A program made the position numbers and the translations under genes. A stretch of 62,263 nt of DNA, filler included, from Candidatus Zapsychrus exili (GTDB lineage: Bacteria; Omnitrophota; Gorgyraeia; Zapsychrales; Zapsychraceae): the NCBI GenBank assembly GCA_030765585.1. It is 4 parts of 4 records of this genome, joined end to end, with 100 filler letters (N's around TTAATTAATTAA, not from the genome) between each part and the next. Parts side by side here need not be neighbours in the genome. Positions count along the whole stretch, not along the records: positions 41,393 to 57,398 come from JAVCCJ010000129.1; positions 57,499 to 62,263 come from JAVCCJ010000049.1; 2 more parts are not named here. One strand, given 5' to 3'. Each line of letters starts with the position of its first letter. Within the stretch, counting starts at the first letter, position 1. The notes under the pieces are model-generated. The model ran no database searches and was not told the DNA's origin. It saw only the letters and a list, made by a program, of their open reading frames with translations. This document shows positions 51,214-60,756 of the stretch, piece by piece.

Positions 51214-51528
51214 GAGAGTAAGAAGGAAGAGGCAGTTTGCTGTCACTTTTCAGGTTTTAATCTTGGTAAACTGGAATTTTCCTTTCAGCTGACTGTTTAT
51301 TTCGGACTTTTGAGCCGTCCGCTAAAAAACTTCCCTCTCTTGGCAAAAGAAAATTCTACATTTTTTTAGCCGTTGTCAAGGGGGTCTAGCGAAGCGGTGC
51401 CCTTGACAAAGCGCAAGCGTAAGGCTTTAAAAATGTTATTCTCACAGCCCAAGAGAGGGCAGCTAAAGTTCGCAATATTTACGAGACTATCAGTTTAAAA
51501 AGGGAAGCGGTAGAAGCCGTAAGGCGAA

Positions 51529-51602
51529 TAAAATCCGTAAGGCGAAGAGGTTGTAATCCGTAAGGTAAAATCCGTAAGGCGAAGAGGTTGTAATCCGTAA
51601 GG
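51529..51602. repeat. Perfect 37-bp tandem repeat x2 built from CCGTAAGG subunits
   Basis: TAAAATCCGTAAGGCGAAGAGGTTGTAATCCGTAAGG twice; extra CCGTAAGG at 51517. Confidence 0.92.
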
Positions 51603-51883
51603 CAAGATAAGAGATACTTTTTGGTGTTTTCTTACTTAAAACAGGTGTTTTAATGTGTTACATTAAAAATTTAAGAGTTTTTAAAATAGTTAGATTGAAG
51701 AAGGCTTTGATATGAGTAAAAAAGTCCTTCTAGAGAACTATTAGAAGGCCATATGCAGGGCTTATGTTATTGAAATAGATTAAGAGAAAAAGAAGAAATT
51801 AATTAGGCTAAAATAATATTAAAGGTTCTTAAAGATATAGTTAGTAAGAAGTATGTTAAGACATAATGATGGAGGAAAAGATT

Positions 51884-52108
51884 TTATTTAAAATCTAATA
51901 GTTTAGGCAGGGTTATTTTAAAGGCTTTTGCGAGCTTATTTAATGTAATTAGGCTTGGACAGGTAGGGTTTTTAGATTCAAGGTATTGAATATTTTTATA
52001 AGAAATATCTGCAATTTCCGCAAGCTTCTCCTGCGTTAATCCGTTTTTCTTCCTCAATTCTCTAAGTTTTTTGGAGAACTTCCTAACTACAGCATAATCA
52101 TCTCTCAT
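51884..52108 (-). CDS. Small XRE/Cro-C1 HTH regulator
   Basis: LRELRKKNGLTQEKLAE...IQYLE...PSLITL.KLAKAF. Confidence 0.9.
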   Translation of the reverse strand: MRDDYAVVRKFSKKLRELRKKNGLTQEKLAEIADISYKNIQYLESKNPTCPSLITLNKLAKAFKITLPKLLDFK

Positions 52109-52197
52109 ACATAAATTATAATACTAACACGCAATCCTTTACACCAAAGCTATTGGGTGCTATAATTTATTCTTAAATTAGTAAAAACACTTTTCAA

Positions 52198-52758
52198 ATG
52201 GGTAAGATAAAAATGTTTAAAAAGAAGAATAAATTTAATTATCATAATTTAGCAGTGCCTAGTAAAAGCAAGAAGTATCTTGACCTTGGATGTAAGACTG
52301 AGCGTGTTGAGGGAGCGATAGGGGTAGATGTGGACCCCAATGTCAAGCCAGATGTTTTGCATGATTTAAGTAAATATCCATATCCTTTTGAGCCAAACAG
52401 TATAGATGGTGTTTTTGCAAGGCATATAATTGAGCATTTAGACGACCCTGAAGGATTCATAAAAGAATGCCACAGAATACTTAAACCACATAGTTTTCTT
52501 TATATTGAAACTCCACATTTTTCTAATTATGTAGCTTATTCTCAACCACAGCATAAATTCTTTTATTCTTATTTTATATTTCGCGAATTGTTTGATAAAG
52601 CAGATTATGTTGTTGATTTACAAGAGATAACATTCCATAGAAGATTCAGAAGATTGGGAATAAGGAGCTTAGCTAATAAATTTCCACTGGAGTATGAGAG
52701 GTTTTGGACATATCTCTTTCCAGCTGAGAATATCAGAGTTGTTTTAGAAAAGAAATAA
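52198..52758 (+). CDS. Class I SAM-dependent methyltransferase, paralog of 1484-1996
   Basis: LDLGC, GVDVD, YPYPFE, HIIEHL, ETPHF. Confidence 0.82.
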   Translation: MGKIKMFKKKNKFNYHNLAVPSKSKKYLDLGCKTERVEGAIGVDVDPNVKPDVLHDLSKYPYPFEPNSIDGVFARHIIEHLDDPEGFIKECHRILKPHSFLYIETPHFSNYVAYSQPQHKFFYSYFIFRELFDKADYVVDLQEITFHRRFRRLGIRSLANKFPLEYERFWTYLFPAENIRVVLEKK

Positions 52759-52789
52759 TTAAGATATTTGATTAAGCGGAAAATGGTTT

Positions 52790-52820
52790 AGGCAACTCAT
52801 TAATTTGGGTTGCCTTTTTT
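52790..52820 (+). terminator. Intrinsic terminator
   Basis: AGGCAACTCA-loop-TGGGTTGCCT plus T run. Confidence 0.8.
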
Positions 52821-53376
52821 ATTGCCCCTACTTATCATAATTGATATTTAATTACCCTAAGCCCCTACTCGATGTTGTAACCCTACTTTTAAAATATTAT
52901 AATTGCTATGTATTTTGATGAATTTAGATGGATTTTGACAAATAGTTGGCACAAATCTGGCACAACCTCAGTTTTTTTGTTAAGAAAGCCTTCAAAGAAA
53001 GAGAAACGATGTATGAAATGGCTAATGTATTAGGAATAACAACTAATAAATGTGAAGCTTTTTTAAGTAATGTTGAAGATCAGGATAATAAAAATCAGAT
53101 TCAGAAAAGATTTAGATATTCTCGAGATAGATTTCATAAGAAAATGGCTCGGGGTTAAATGTTTATAAATAGCAAAAAGTGTCAGTTGAAAAGCACCTTT
53201 GCCTATTTACAAAAGTCATTATTTTGATATTATGAATTTTCTCATAACATAAATGATATGTTTACTTTATAATTAATAAGGAGTAGATTATTTATATATG
53301 AGCTTCCCTTATAATATAGACTACAGTCAAAGAATATTTATGAGATCACATATTAATAAGATCATTTCTTAATTTT

Positions 53377-53410
53377 GCCCAGTTAAAATATTAATAACTG
53401 GGCTTTTTTT
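53377..53410 (+). terminator. Intrinsic terminator just upstream of PAS-LuxR gene
   Basis: GCCCAGTTA-loop-TAACTGGGC-T7. Confidence 0.75.
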
Positions 53411-53433
53411 GTTTTAACCAGAGACGATAAACG

Positions 53434-55329
53434 ATGAAAGAAAAAATGGCTCTAAAAAATAGAGACGTCGCAAAGCTGAAGAAGTCAGAACAAGAATTTG
53501 AGCAGATATTTAAACTCTCTCCGGACATGCTAGCTCTTTGTACTCCCGAAGGAAAGTTCCTGAAAGTCAATCCCTCTTTTGAGAAAGTTCTGGGTTATAA
53601 GGTGGGAGAGATTCTTATATTAGGCTGGGCTAAACTCGTGCACCCCGATGATAAGGAAGGGATAAGCAAGGAAGTTGAGAGGCAGTTGAAGGGCCATTCA
53701 GTCGCAAATTTTATTAATCGATTTAGATGCAAAGACGGTACATATAAAATACTTGAATGGCAGGCCACATCTTCGATAGATGGTATTGTTTATACCACAG
53801 CTCGTAATATCACCGAGCGCAAGCAGGCGGAAGAAAAATTGCAGAAATTTCATACGTTAGTTGACCAGTCGAACGACAGTCTCTATATAATTGATCCTCT
53901 ACATGGAGAATTTCTTGATGTGAATAAAACAGCATGCGATTTAACTGGATATGCGCGAAATGAGCTTTTACAAATGAAAGTTACTGATTTAGATGCAATA
54001 TTGCCTGACAATTTTTCATGGAAGAAACATGTAAAAGAAGTAAAAAGAAAAGGTTCTGTATTCCTGGAGGGGTGTCATAAACGAAAAGACGGCACCACAT
54101 ATCCCGTCGAAGTAAATGTAAAACATGTTTCATTACAACAGGAAGATTATATGGTAGCCATAGCGCGAGACATCACCGAACGCAAGGTGTTTGAGGAGGA
54201 TATACGCCAATGCGGAAAAAAATTCAGACTAACGATGGAGGCAACAAATGATGCTCTGTGGGACTGGAATATTGTAAACAATCAAACATACAGAAATCCC
54301 CGCCATGCAACGATGTTAGGATATGACCCGGATGAGTTTTCTTCGGTTCAAATCGAATGGGAAAAAGCAATTCATCCTGATGATCGCGATAGGGTATTTA
54401 AAATTATAAAAGAAATTTTAAATAAGGAGTACGTGCAATTTGAGATTGAATATCGACTGCGTACTAAAACAGGTGGTTATATATGGGTTTTAGGTCGCGG
54501 GAAAGTTGTAGAACACGCTGCTGATGGTTCACCCTTGCGAATGATCGGTACCAATATCGATATCACCGAGCGCAAGAAGAAGGAAGAGGAAATAAAGAAC
54601 TTGGCAAAGTTTCCATCCGAGAATCCAAATCCAATGTTACGCATTAGAAAAGATGGCATAGTCTTATATTGCAATAAGTCAGGTCTTCCAGTACTTGATA
54701 GATGGAATTCTAAAGTCGGAGAAAAAATTCCAGAGCGATGGTATCATTTAATTGAGGAGGCTTTTAAGCTTAAAGAAGAAGAAGAAGAAGAAGAAGAAGT
54801 TAATGGTAAAACTTTTTCATTCGTGATTGCTCCGGCAGCAGGCAAGAATTATGTGAATTTATACGGAAGAGACATTACTAAACGCAAAAAGGCTGAGAAT
54901 ATTTTGAGTGAACAAAAGTTAGCATTAGAGCAAAAGAACATAGCCCTTCAGGAGATGGTAGAATACATGGAAAGGACGAAGACGAAAAATAAAGAAAATA
55001 TTTCAATAAATGTAGAAGAACTTTTGATGCCTACGCTAAATAAACTCAAAAAACAAGGAGCCTCAGCCAAACTCATTGATTTAGTCGAGAAAAATCTTAA
55101 TGATCTGGTTTCTTCTTTCGGTCGGAAAATAACACATTTAAATACTAGGCTTACGCCAAGGGAGATTGAACTTTGCGGCATGATTAAAAGCAATTTATCA
55201 TCAAAAGAAATATCTCAAGTTTTAAATCTTTCCTTAGGTACTATCGTAAAACACCGCCAAAATATAAGAAAAAAATTAAACATTTCTAATAAAAAAGAAA
55301 ATCTTAGTAGTTTTCTGCAGAACCTTTGA
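53434..55329 (+). CDS. Multi-PAS domain LuxR-type one-component regulator
   Basis: Several PAS/PAC repeats (HPDD, RDITERK); C-terminal LTPREIE...SSKEIS..LNLS..TI.KHRQNIRKKL. Confidence 0.9.
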   Translation: MKEKMALKNRDVAKLKKSEQEFEQIFKLSPDMLALCTPEGKFLKVNPSFEKVLGYKVGEILILGWAKLVHPDDKEGISKEVERQLKGHSVANFINRFRCKDGTYKILEWQATSSIDGIVYTTARNITERKQAEEKLQKFHTLVDQSNDSLYIIDPLHGEFLDVNKTACDLTGYARNELLQMKVTDLDAILPDNFSWKKHVKEVKRKGSVFLEGCHKRKDGTTYPVEVNVKHVSLQQEDYMVAIARDITERKVFEEDIRQCGKKFRLTMEATNDALWDWNIVNNQTYRNPRHATMLGYDPDEFSSVQIEWEKAIHPDDRDRVFKIIKEILNKEYVQFEIEYRLRTKTGGYIWVLGRGKVVEHAADGSPLRMIGTNIDITERKKKEEEIKNLAKFPSENPNPMLRIRKDGIVLYCNKSGLPVLDRWNSKVGEKIPERWYHLIEEAFKLKEEEEEEEEVNGKTFSFVIAPAAGKNYVNLYGRDITKRKKAENILSEQKLALEQKNIALQEMVEYMERTKTKNKENISINVEELLMPTLNKLKKQGASAKLIDLVEKNLNDLVSSFGRKITHLNTRLTPREIELCGMIKSNLSSKEISQVLNLSLGTIVKHRQNIRKKLNISNKKENLSSFLQNL

Positions 55330-55525
55330 TACTCACCAAATGTAGTCCAATACTCTTTTATGCATAAAAGAGTATATTCTCTACCTCTTATCTATCCTTT
55401 CTTACCTCATTGCCAACCATACAAGACAGGTGTAAAAGTAAAAGATGAAATACTGTCATTTCAATTGCACCTTACATGTATTTTAAAATTGTCTAAAGTC
55501 TCGCTTTTCTAGAAAAGTACGATTA

Positions 55526-55774
55526 ATGGAAAATAACAAAGATAATCAATATGGTACCGCAGAAGTAGTCCGTCAAACAGGTATTACTCCTGAAAGGCTG
55601 CGCTATTGGGAAAAACTCGGCGTGGTCCAACCAATATATGCTCAATGCGGATGCAGAAAATTTAGAAAATATTCTAGGAATGATATTCATAGAGCGCTTG
55701 TTGTAAAAACATTTGTGGATACAGAAAAATATTCTCTTGAAGGTGCCATGAAAAAACTTTCAGAGGAAGAATAG
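55526..55774 (+). CDS. Small MerR-family HTH protein
   Basis: EVVRQTGITPERLRYWE..G.V.P...R.YS..DI. Confidence 0.85.
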   Translation: MENNKDNQYGTAEVVRQTGITPERLRYWEKLGVVQPIYAQCGCRKFRKYSRNDIHRALVVKTFVDTEKYSLEGAMKKLSEEE

Positions 55775-55827
55775 CTTAAAGGCAGTTGAGTATGAAAAAT
55801 CTATTTAAAAAAAATATTGTTGAAATC

Positions 55828-56613
55828 ATGAAAACAAAAACCATAGCTTTCGTTCATCATAAAGGGGGCACAGGTAAAACAACATCTTGCCTAAATATAG
55901 CTGGATGGTTAGCAAAGATGAAAAAGCAAGTGCTGGTTGTAGATTTAGATCCACAGGGAAATGCCACATCTGGATTAGGGATAGACAGAAGCCAGACCGA
56001 AAGTTCAATTGATGATGTGCTTTTTGGGTCAAAGACAATAGAGGAAGTAACCTTAGAAACAAATTCGGGTGTTTACCTAGCACCTTCGTCTTTAGATTTA
56101 TTGGCTGCTGAAACCATTATGGCTGGCCAAGCTAATAATACGCGCCTATTGAAAGATGCTTTAAAAAATGTGGAAGACTGTTTTGACTACATTTTGATAG
56201 ATGTCCCCCCAGGTTCAACCCTTCTTATGATTAACGGTATTGTTGCTTCAGAGAACATCATTATTCCATTAGACTCCGGGGTATTTGCCTATGAAACCTT
56301 AGAAACTTTAAAAACACTTGTTGTAGATCTTCACGATGAACTTGGAATAGAGACAAACATTATGATGGTTTTTTTAAGGGAATATACGAATTCAATTCTT
56401 GAGAATAATCCAACAAATCAAATTAAGAAATTAGTTAAAAGATTTCTAGCTGATAATAATATCCCAAGTGTCAAAATATTTTCAATACCATTTTCAAATA
56501 AGATTTTTAAATCACAAATAAAGGGTGCCCCTATTTCACATTATGCTCCTTTTAGTAAAGTGGGAGGAATATATAAAAAAATAGCAAAAGCGATTATTCG
56601 TTATGAATATTAA
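55828..56613 (+). CDS. ParA-family ATPase
   Basis: HHKGGTGKTT, DLDPQGNATSGLG, IDVPPG; start could be 55792 or 55828. Confidence 0.9.
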   Translation: MKTKTIAFVHHKGGTGKTTSCLNIAGWLAKMKKQVLVVDLDPQGNATSGLGIDRSQTESSIDDVLFGSKTIEEVTLETNSGVYLAPSSLDLLAAETIMAGQANNTRLLKDALKNVEDCFDYILIDVPPGSTLLMINGIVASENIIIPLDSGVFAYETLETLKTLVVDLHDELGIETNIMMVFLREYTNSILENNPTNQIKKLVKRFLADNNIPSVKIFSIPFSNKIFKSQIKGAPISHYAPFSKVGGIYKKIAKAIIRYEY

Positions 56614-56646
56614 ATATCAGAGATTTTCAAATAAGGAGGAATAGAA

Positions 56647-57398
56647 ATGACAGAACCTATTAGAAAACCAGGTAGAAAAGCGTTGTTCACCTCAACAGAA
56701 ACAGAAGCGCCACAAGCTGTGATGGAAAAACCAACTGTTGGCGCCGGAGATGAACAATTAAGAGAACTTTTAGAAGCGCTTGAGTCAGTAAGAAAGGGTG
56801 ATTTAACGACGAAATTGAGAAAGGGAGATAGAGATATATACGGTGATTTGGCAGAAGCCTATAATGGCATGGTTGATATTCTCATGTCGTTTAGCGGGGA
56901 GGTTACCCGAGTGGCAAAGGAAGTAGGGACAGAGGGAAAGTTAGGTGGTCAGGCTAAGGTGGAAGGTGTGACGGGCATCTGGAGAGACCTTACTGATAAT
57001 GTAAACACGATGGCAAGTAATTTAACTAATCAGGTGCGAAATGTTGCCAATGTGACTACGGCTGTGGCCAAGGGGGATTTAGGGCAAAAGATTACAGCTG
57101 AGGCACAGGGTGAGGTTTTGGAATTGAAGAATACGGTCAATACAATGGTTGACAACTTGAATGCGTTTTCCAGTGAGGTTACCCGTGTGGCAAAAGAAGT
57201 GGGAACAGAAGGAAAGCTTGGTGGTCAGGCAGAAGTTCCCGGAGTAGCCGGGACATGGCTTGATTTAACCAATAATGTGAATATCTTGGCCGGCAATCTA
57301 ACTAGTCAGGTTCGAGATATTGCTAATGTCGCGACGGCAGTAGCCAAAGGAGACTTGGGTCAAAAGATCGTTGTTGAGGCTCAGGGTGAAATCCTGCA
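56647..57398 (+). CDS. Cytoplasmic poly-HAMP signalling protein (3' truncated by gap)
   Basis: Repeated '[37 protein letters not shown]' units, no TM; RBS AAGGAGG. Confidence 0.88.
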
Positions 57399-57498
57399 NN
57401 NNNNNNNNNNNNNNNNNNNNNNNNNNNNNNNNNNNNNNNNNNTTAATTAATTAANNNNNNNNNNNNNNNNNNNNNNNNNNNNNNNNNNNNNNNNNNNN
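57399..57498. other. Assembly gap with linker
   Basis: N runs plus TTAATTAATTAA. Confidence 0.99.
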
Positions 57499-57538
57499 AT
57501 AAGTAGCTTTAAAAGTATATTTTATACTAAAGGAGTAA

Positions 57539-58087
57539 GTGTTATTAATTTTGTTTATGAGGAATCAAAAGTTAATTCTTGTAGTTTTTCTGCTGGGCTA
57601 TTGCTTGGTTGGCGGAGGGTGCAATTTATTGTTAAGGATTGTAAATAAAGATATGGCTGAAGAAAAAGAAATCTTAGGCGGTAATTACGGCTTCAATCCT
57701 AAGGTTGAAGAGCTTCAGAAGGTACTAAAGAACCTTGGTTATGATGCTGGCTCAATTGATGGAAAGTTAGGTTTTAGGACTCGAAGCGCCGTAAAAGTGT
57801 TTCAGAAAGAGCATGATTTAGAAATGAGCGGTTATTTAAGCAGAAAAACTTGGGAAAAGGTGAAATTATTATATGAAGAGCTATTTTCTTTAAAAAAAGT
57901 TACTGTTTCACAGATACAGAAGGCATTGAATAATGCGGGTTTTAATCCTGGAGTTCTGGATAATAAACTAGGACCAAAGACCAAAAAAGCTATCAGAGAC
58001 TTTCAAAAGTCAGAAGGGTTGCTTGTAGATGGAGAAGTTGGCCTTAAAACCTTGGAGAAGTTGAAAGAATACCTTTCAACGCGATAA
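57539..58087 (+). CDS. Putative lipoprotein with two PG_binding_1 domains
   Basis: GGGC lipobox-like; LQKVLKNLGY...DGKLG..TR.AV..FQ twice. Confidence 0.85.
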   Translation: MLLILFMRNQKLILVVFLLGYCLVGGGCNLLLRIVNKDMAEEKEILGGNYGFNPKVEELQKVLKNLGYDAGSIDGKLGFRTRSAVKVFQKEHDLEMSGYLSRKTWEKVKLLYEELFSLKKVTVSQIQKALNNAGFNPGVLDNKLGPKTKKAIRDFQKSEGLLVDGEVGLKTLEKLKEYLSTR

Positions 58088-58090
58088 TTT

Positions 58091-58270
58091 ATGAGTAATA
58101 AATATTTTTTTAGCAAAGTTTGCCCATATTTTAAAGATAATCAATGCGGCTCTGAATATCTTTCAGAGATAAAGTTGGGAGGCTTAATAGTTCCTCTTTG
58201 TGATACTAATGAGCATGAAAAATGTCCGATTTTTATCGAAAGCAGAAAGCGAGAAAAAGATAAAAAATAA
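58091..58270 (+). CDS. 59-aa four-cysteine protein (below ORF-track cut-off)
   Basis: MSNKYFFSKVCPYFKDNQCGSEYLSEIKLGGLIVPLCDTNEHEKCPIFIESRKREKDKK fills the gap between two + strand genes. Confidence 0.6.
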   Translation: MSNKYFFSKVCPYFKDNQCGSEYLSEIKLGGLIVPLCDTNEHEKCPIFIESRKREKDKK

Positions 58271-58276
58271 ACCGTT

Positions 58277-59092
58277 ATGAAAAAAATAATAAAGGTATTA
58301 GTTGTTTTAGTTTTTCTGCTTTTTGTAACAAATACAGTCTCAATTGCCAGCTATCAAGTTTCGGCTAAAGCAGTTATTTTTTCAAACAGCACAAAAGTTA
58401 AACGATATTATGGAAAAAACGTTCACAAGCGAGTATCTCCCGCTAGTACTGTAAAGGTCATGACAGCTTTACTAGTGATGGAGCATCTTTCATTGAACAA
58501 GACTATAAGGATAAGTAAAAACGCAACTTACCCTGAACCTTCTAAAATTTTTCTTAAAAACGGAGAAAAATTTAAGGTAAAAGATCTTTTATATTCAATT
58601 TTATTAAAATCTGCAAATGATGCAAGTGTTGCTTTGGCTGAAGCAGTATCAGGATCTGAGGCAAAGTTTGTTAAATTAATGAACAAAAGAGCAAAGCAGC
58701 TAGGAGCAAAACATACGCGTTTTAGAAATTCAAATGGTTTGCCTTCAAAAAAAGGGAGTCAATACACAACTCCCTACGATATGTATTTAATTTTTCGGCA
58801 AGCGATGAAATACCCTTTTTTTCGCAAAGCCATAACAATGAAATATAAAACAATTTATTCAAAATCCGGAAGGAAAATTGCATTAAAAAGTCATAATAAA
58901 ATATTGTTCAAAGATTGGAAGAGTAATATTTTCGGTAAAACAGGATGGACTAAAAAAGCACAACAATGTTTTGTCGGATATATACCTAAAGGACGAAGTA
59001 AAGATGTATGCATTATTGCTTTATTTGGAGCAACGAATCGATGGGAAGATATTAAATATATTGTTGAAAAATACGGGAAAATAGATCTATAA
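58277..59092 (+). CDS. D-alanyl-D-alanine carboxypeptidase (peptidase S11)
   Basis: PASTVK (SxxK), SANDA (SxN), GKTG. Confidence 0.93.
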   Translation: MKKIIKVLVVLVFLLFVTNTVSIASYQVSAKAVIFSNSTKVKRYYGKNVHKRVSPASTVKVMTALLVMEHLSLNKTIRISKNATYPEPSKIFLKNGEKFKVKDLLYSILLKSANDASVALAEAVSGSEAKFVKLMNKRAKQLGAKHTRFRNSNGLPSKKGSQYTTPYDMYLIFRQAMKYPFFRKAITMKYKTIYSKSGRKIALKSHNKILFKDWKSNIFGKTGWTKKAQQCFVGYIPKGRSKDVCIIALFGATNRWEDIKYIVEKYGKIDL

Positions 59093-59110
59093 ATAAAATG
59101 AGGATTAACT

Positions 59111-59329
59111 ATGGCAAAAGAAGAGGGAATAGAAGTAATGGGAGTCGTAAAAGAAGCTTTAGCCAATGCGAAATTTCGTGTTGTTCTTGAAAACAATCAT
59201 GAAGTGTTTGCTCACCCTTGTGGAAAAATGCGCAAGTTTTTCATAAGAATTCTACCAGGAGATAAGGTTACATTAGAACTATCTCCCTATGATTTAACCA
59301 AGGAAAGGATTACCTACAGACATAAATAA
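59111..59329 (+). CDS. infA: Translation initiation factor IF-1
   Basis: [46 protein letters not shown]. Confidence 0.96.
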   Translation: MAKEEGIEVMGVVKEALANAKFRVVLENNHEVFAHPCGKMRKFFIRILPGDKVTLELSPYDLTKERITYRHK

Positions 59330-59348
59330 TTTTATGTAAAAAACTCTT

Positions 59349-60659
59349 ATGAATTTAAAAACTAAACAAAAAATCATTAAAAATAAAATAACCAAACACG
59401 ACAGTTTTGAAGTTTGGCATGATTGGAAATGGCAATTAAAACATCAAATACGAGATATTCAGGGTGTTGAAGATTTATTGCACATCAAAATTGAAAAGAG
59501 TAAAAGGCAGCAGCTAGAACAAACGATAAAGAAATTTCCTTTATCAGTAACACCTTATTACTTATCGCTGATTGATGAGAATAATTTTGAAACAGACCCA
59601 GTTTTTATGCAATCTGTTCCATCAGTGAAAGAGCTTGATTCATCTAGTTGTGAAATGGCCGATCCTTTGCATGAAGATGGTGATTCGCCTGTCCCGGGAA
59701 TAACTCATCGTTATCCAGATAGAGTTCTTTTTTTAGTAAGCAATATGTGCTCAATGTATTGTCGCCATTGTACAAGAAAAAGAAAAGTAGGGGATCAAGA
59801 TTTTATTCCAAGCAAAAAACAAATAAAAAAAGGATTAACGTATATTAAAAATACGCCTCAGGTGCGGGATGTTTTACTTTCTGGTGGTGATCCTTTGATG
59901 TTGTCAGATGAGCATTTAGAATGGATTTTAAGTGAATTAAGAAAAATACCACATGTTGAAATAATTCGAATAGGTTCAAGAATGCCGGTTGTCTTGCCGT
60001 ATCGAATTACTGATAAACTAGTATCTATATTAAGAAAATATCAGCCGTTATGGATAAACACACATTTTAATCACCCGAGAGAATTAACAAATTCTTCTCA
60101 AACCGCCTTATCTAAACTCGCAGATGCAGGTATCCCACTTGGAAATCAAACAGTATTATTGGCTGGTATTAATGATTGTCCGCGCATCATGAAAGCATTA
60201 GTGCACAGGTTAATGAAAAACAGAGTACGCCCATACTATTTATATCAATGCGATCATTCGGAAGGTCTTATGCCTTTCAGAACTCCTGTTGGTAAAGGCA
60301 TTGAGATTATTGAAAATTTAGTAGGGCATACTTCGGGACTTGGAATCCCAACTTACGTTATTGATGCACCGGGAGGTGGAGGAAAAATACCTGTAATGCC
60401 GAATTATATTATTTCCTGGTCTACCAATAAGGTGATTTTGCGTAATTATGAAGGAACTATTTGTACTTACAAAGAACCAGATTCTTATGTACCTCAATTT
60501 TGTGACCGTGATTGTAAGAAATGTAATTTGCAGTTACAGCTTGATCCTGCGTTAGAAACAAGCCCTACAGGGATTATGAAATTGTTTTCTGATACCGATA
60601 AGACAATTTCTTTAGTTCCTGAAGGCACTGAAAGAGTAAGAAGAAGAAAAAATCACTAA
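59349..60659 (+). CDS. kamA: Lysine 2,3-aminomutase (AblA-type)
   Basis: [38 protein letters not shown]-terminal CDRDCKKC. Confidence 0.95.
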   Translation: MNLKTKQKIIKNKITKHDSFEVWHDWKWQLKHQIRDIQGVEDLLHIKIEKSKRQQLEQTIKKFPLSVTPYYLSLIDENNFETDPVFMQSVPSVKELDSSSCEMADPLHEDGDSPVPGITHRYPDRVLFLVSNMCSMYCRHCTRKRKVGDQDFIPSKKQIKKGLTYIKNTPQVRDVLLSGGDPLMLSDEHLEWILSELRKIPHVEIIRIGSRMPVVLPYRITDKLVSILRKYQPLWINTHFNHPRELTNSSQTALSKLADAGIPLGNQTVLLAGINDCPRIMKALVHRLMKNRVRPYYLYQCDHSEGLMPFRTPVGKGIEIIENLVGHTSGLGIPTYVIDAPGGGGKIPVMPNYIISWSTNKVILRNYEGTICTYKEPDSYVPQFCDRDCKKCNLQLQLDPALETSPTGIMKLFSDTDKTISLVPEGTERVRRRKNH

Positions 60660-60756
60660 ATTATTATTTTATTTAATTGATTGGAATAACATGAAAAAAG
60701 TATTAATTGTTGGAAACTGGGCAATTGGAAAAAGTTAAACAGATTGAGGGGGAAGA

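Noticed and set aside
51517..51603. Possible mini-CRISPR (37-bp repeat)
   Set aside because: Head-to-tail duplication without unique spacers; no cas genes
52946..53158. 70-aa ORF, perhaps a regulator C-terminal remnant
   Set aside because: No RBS or recognisable complete domain
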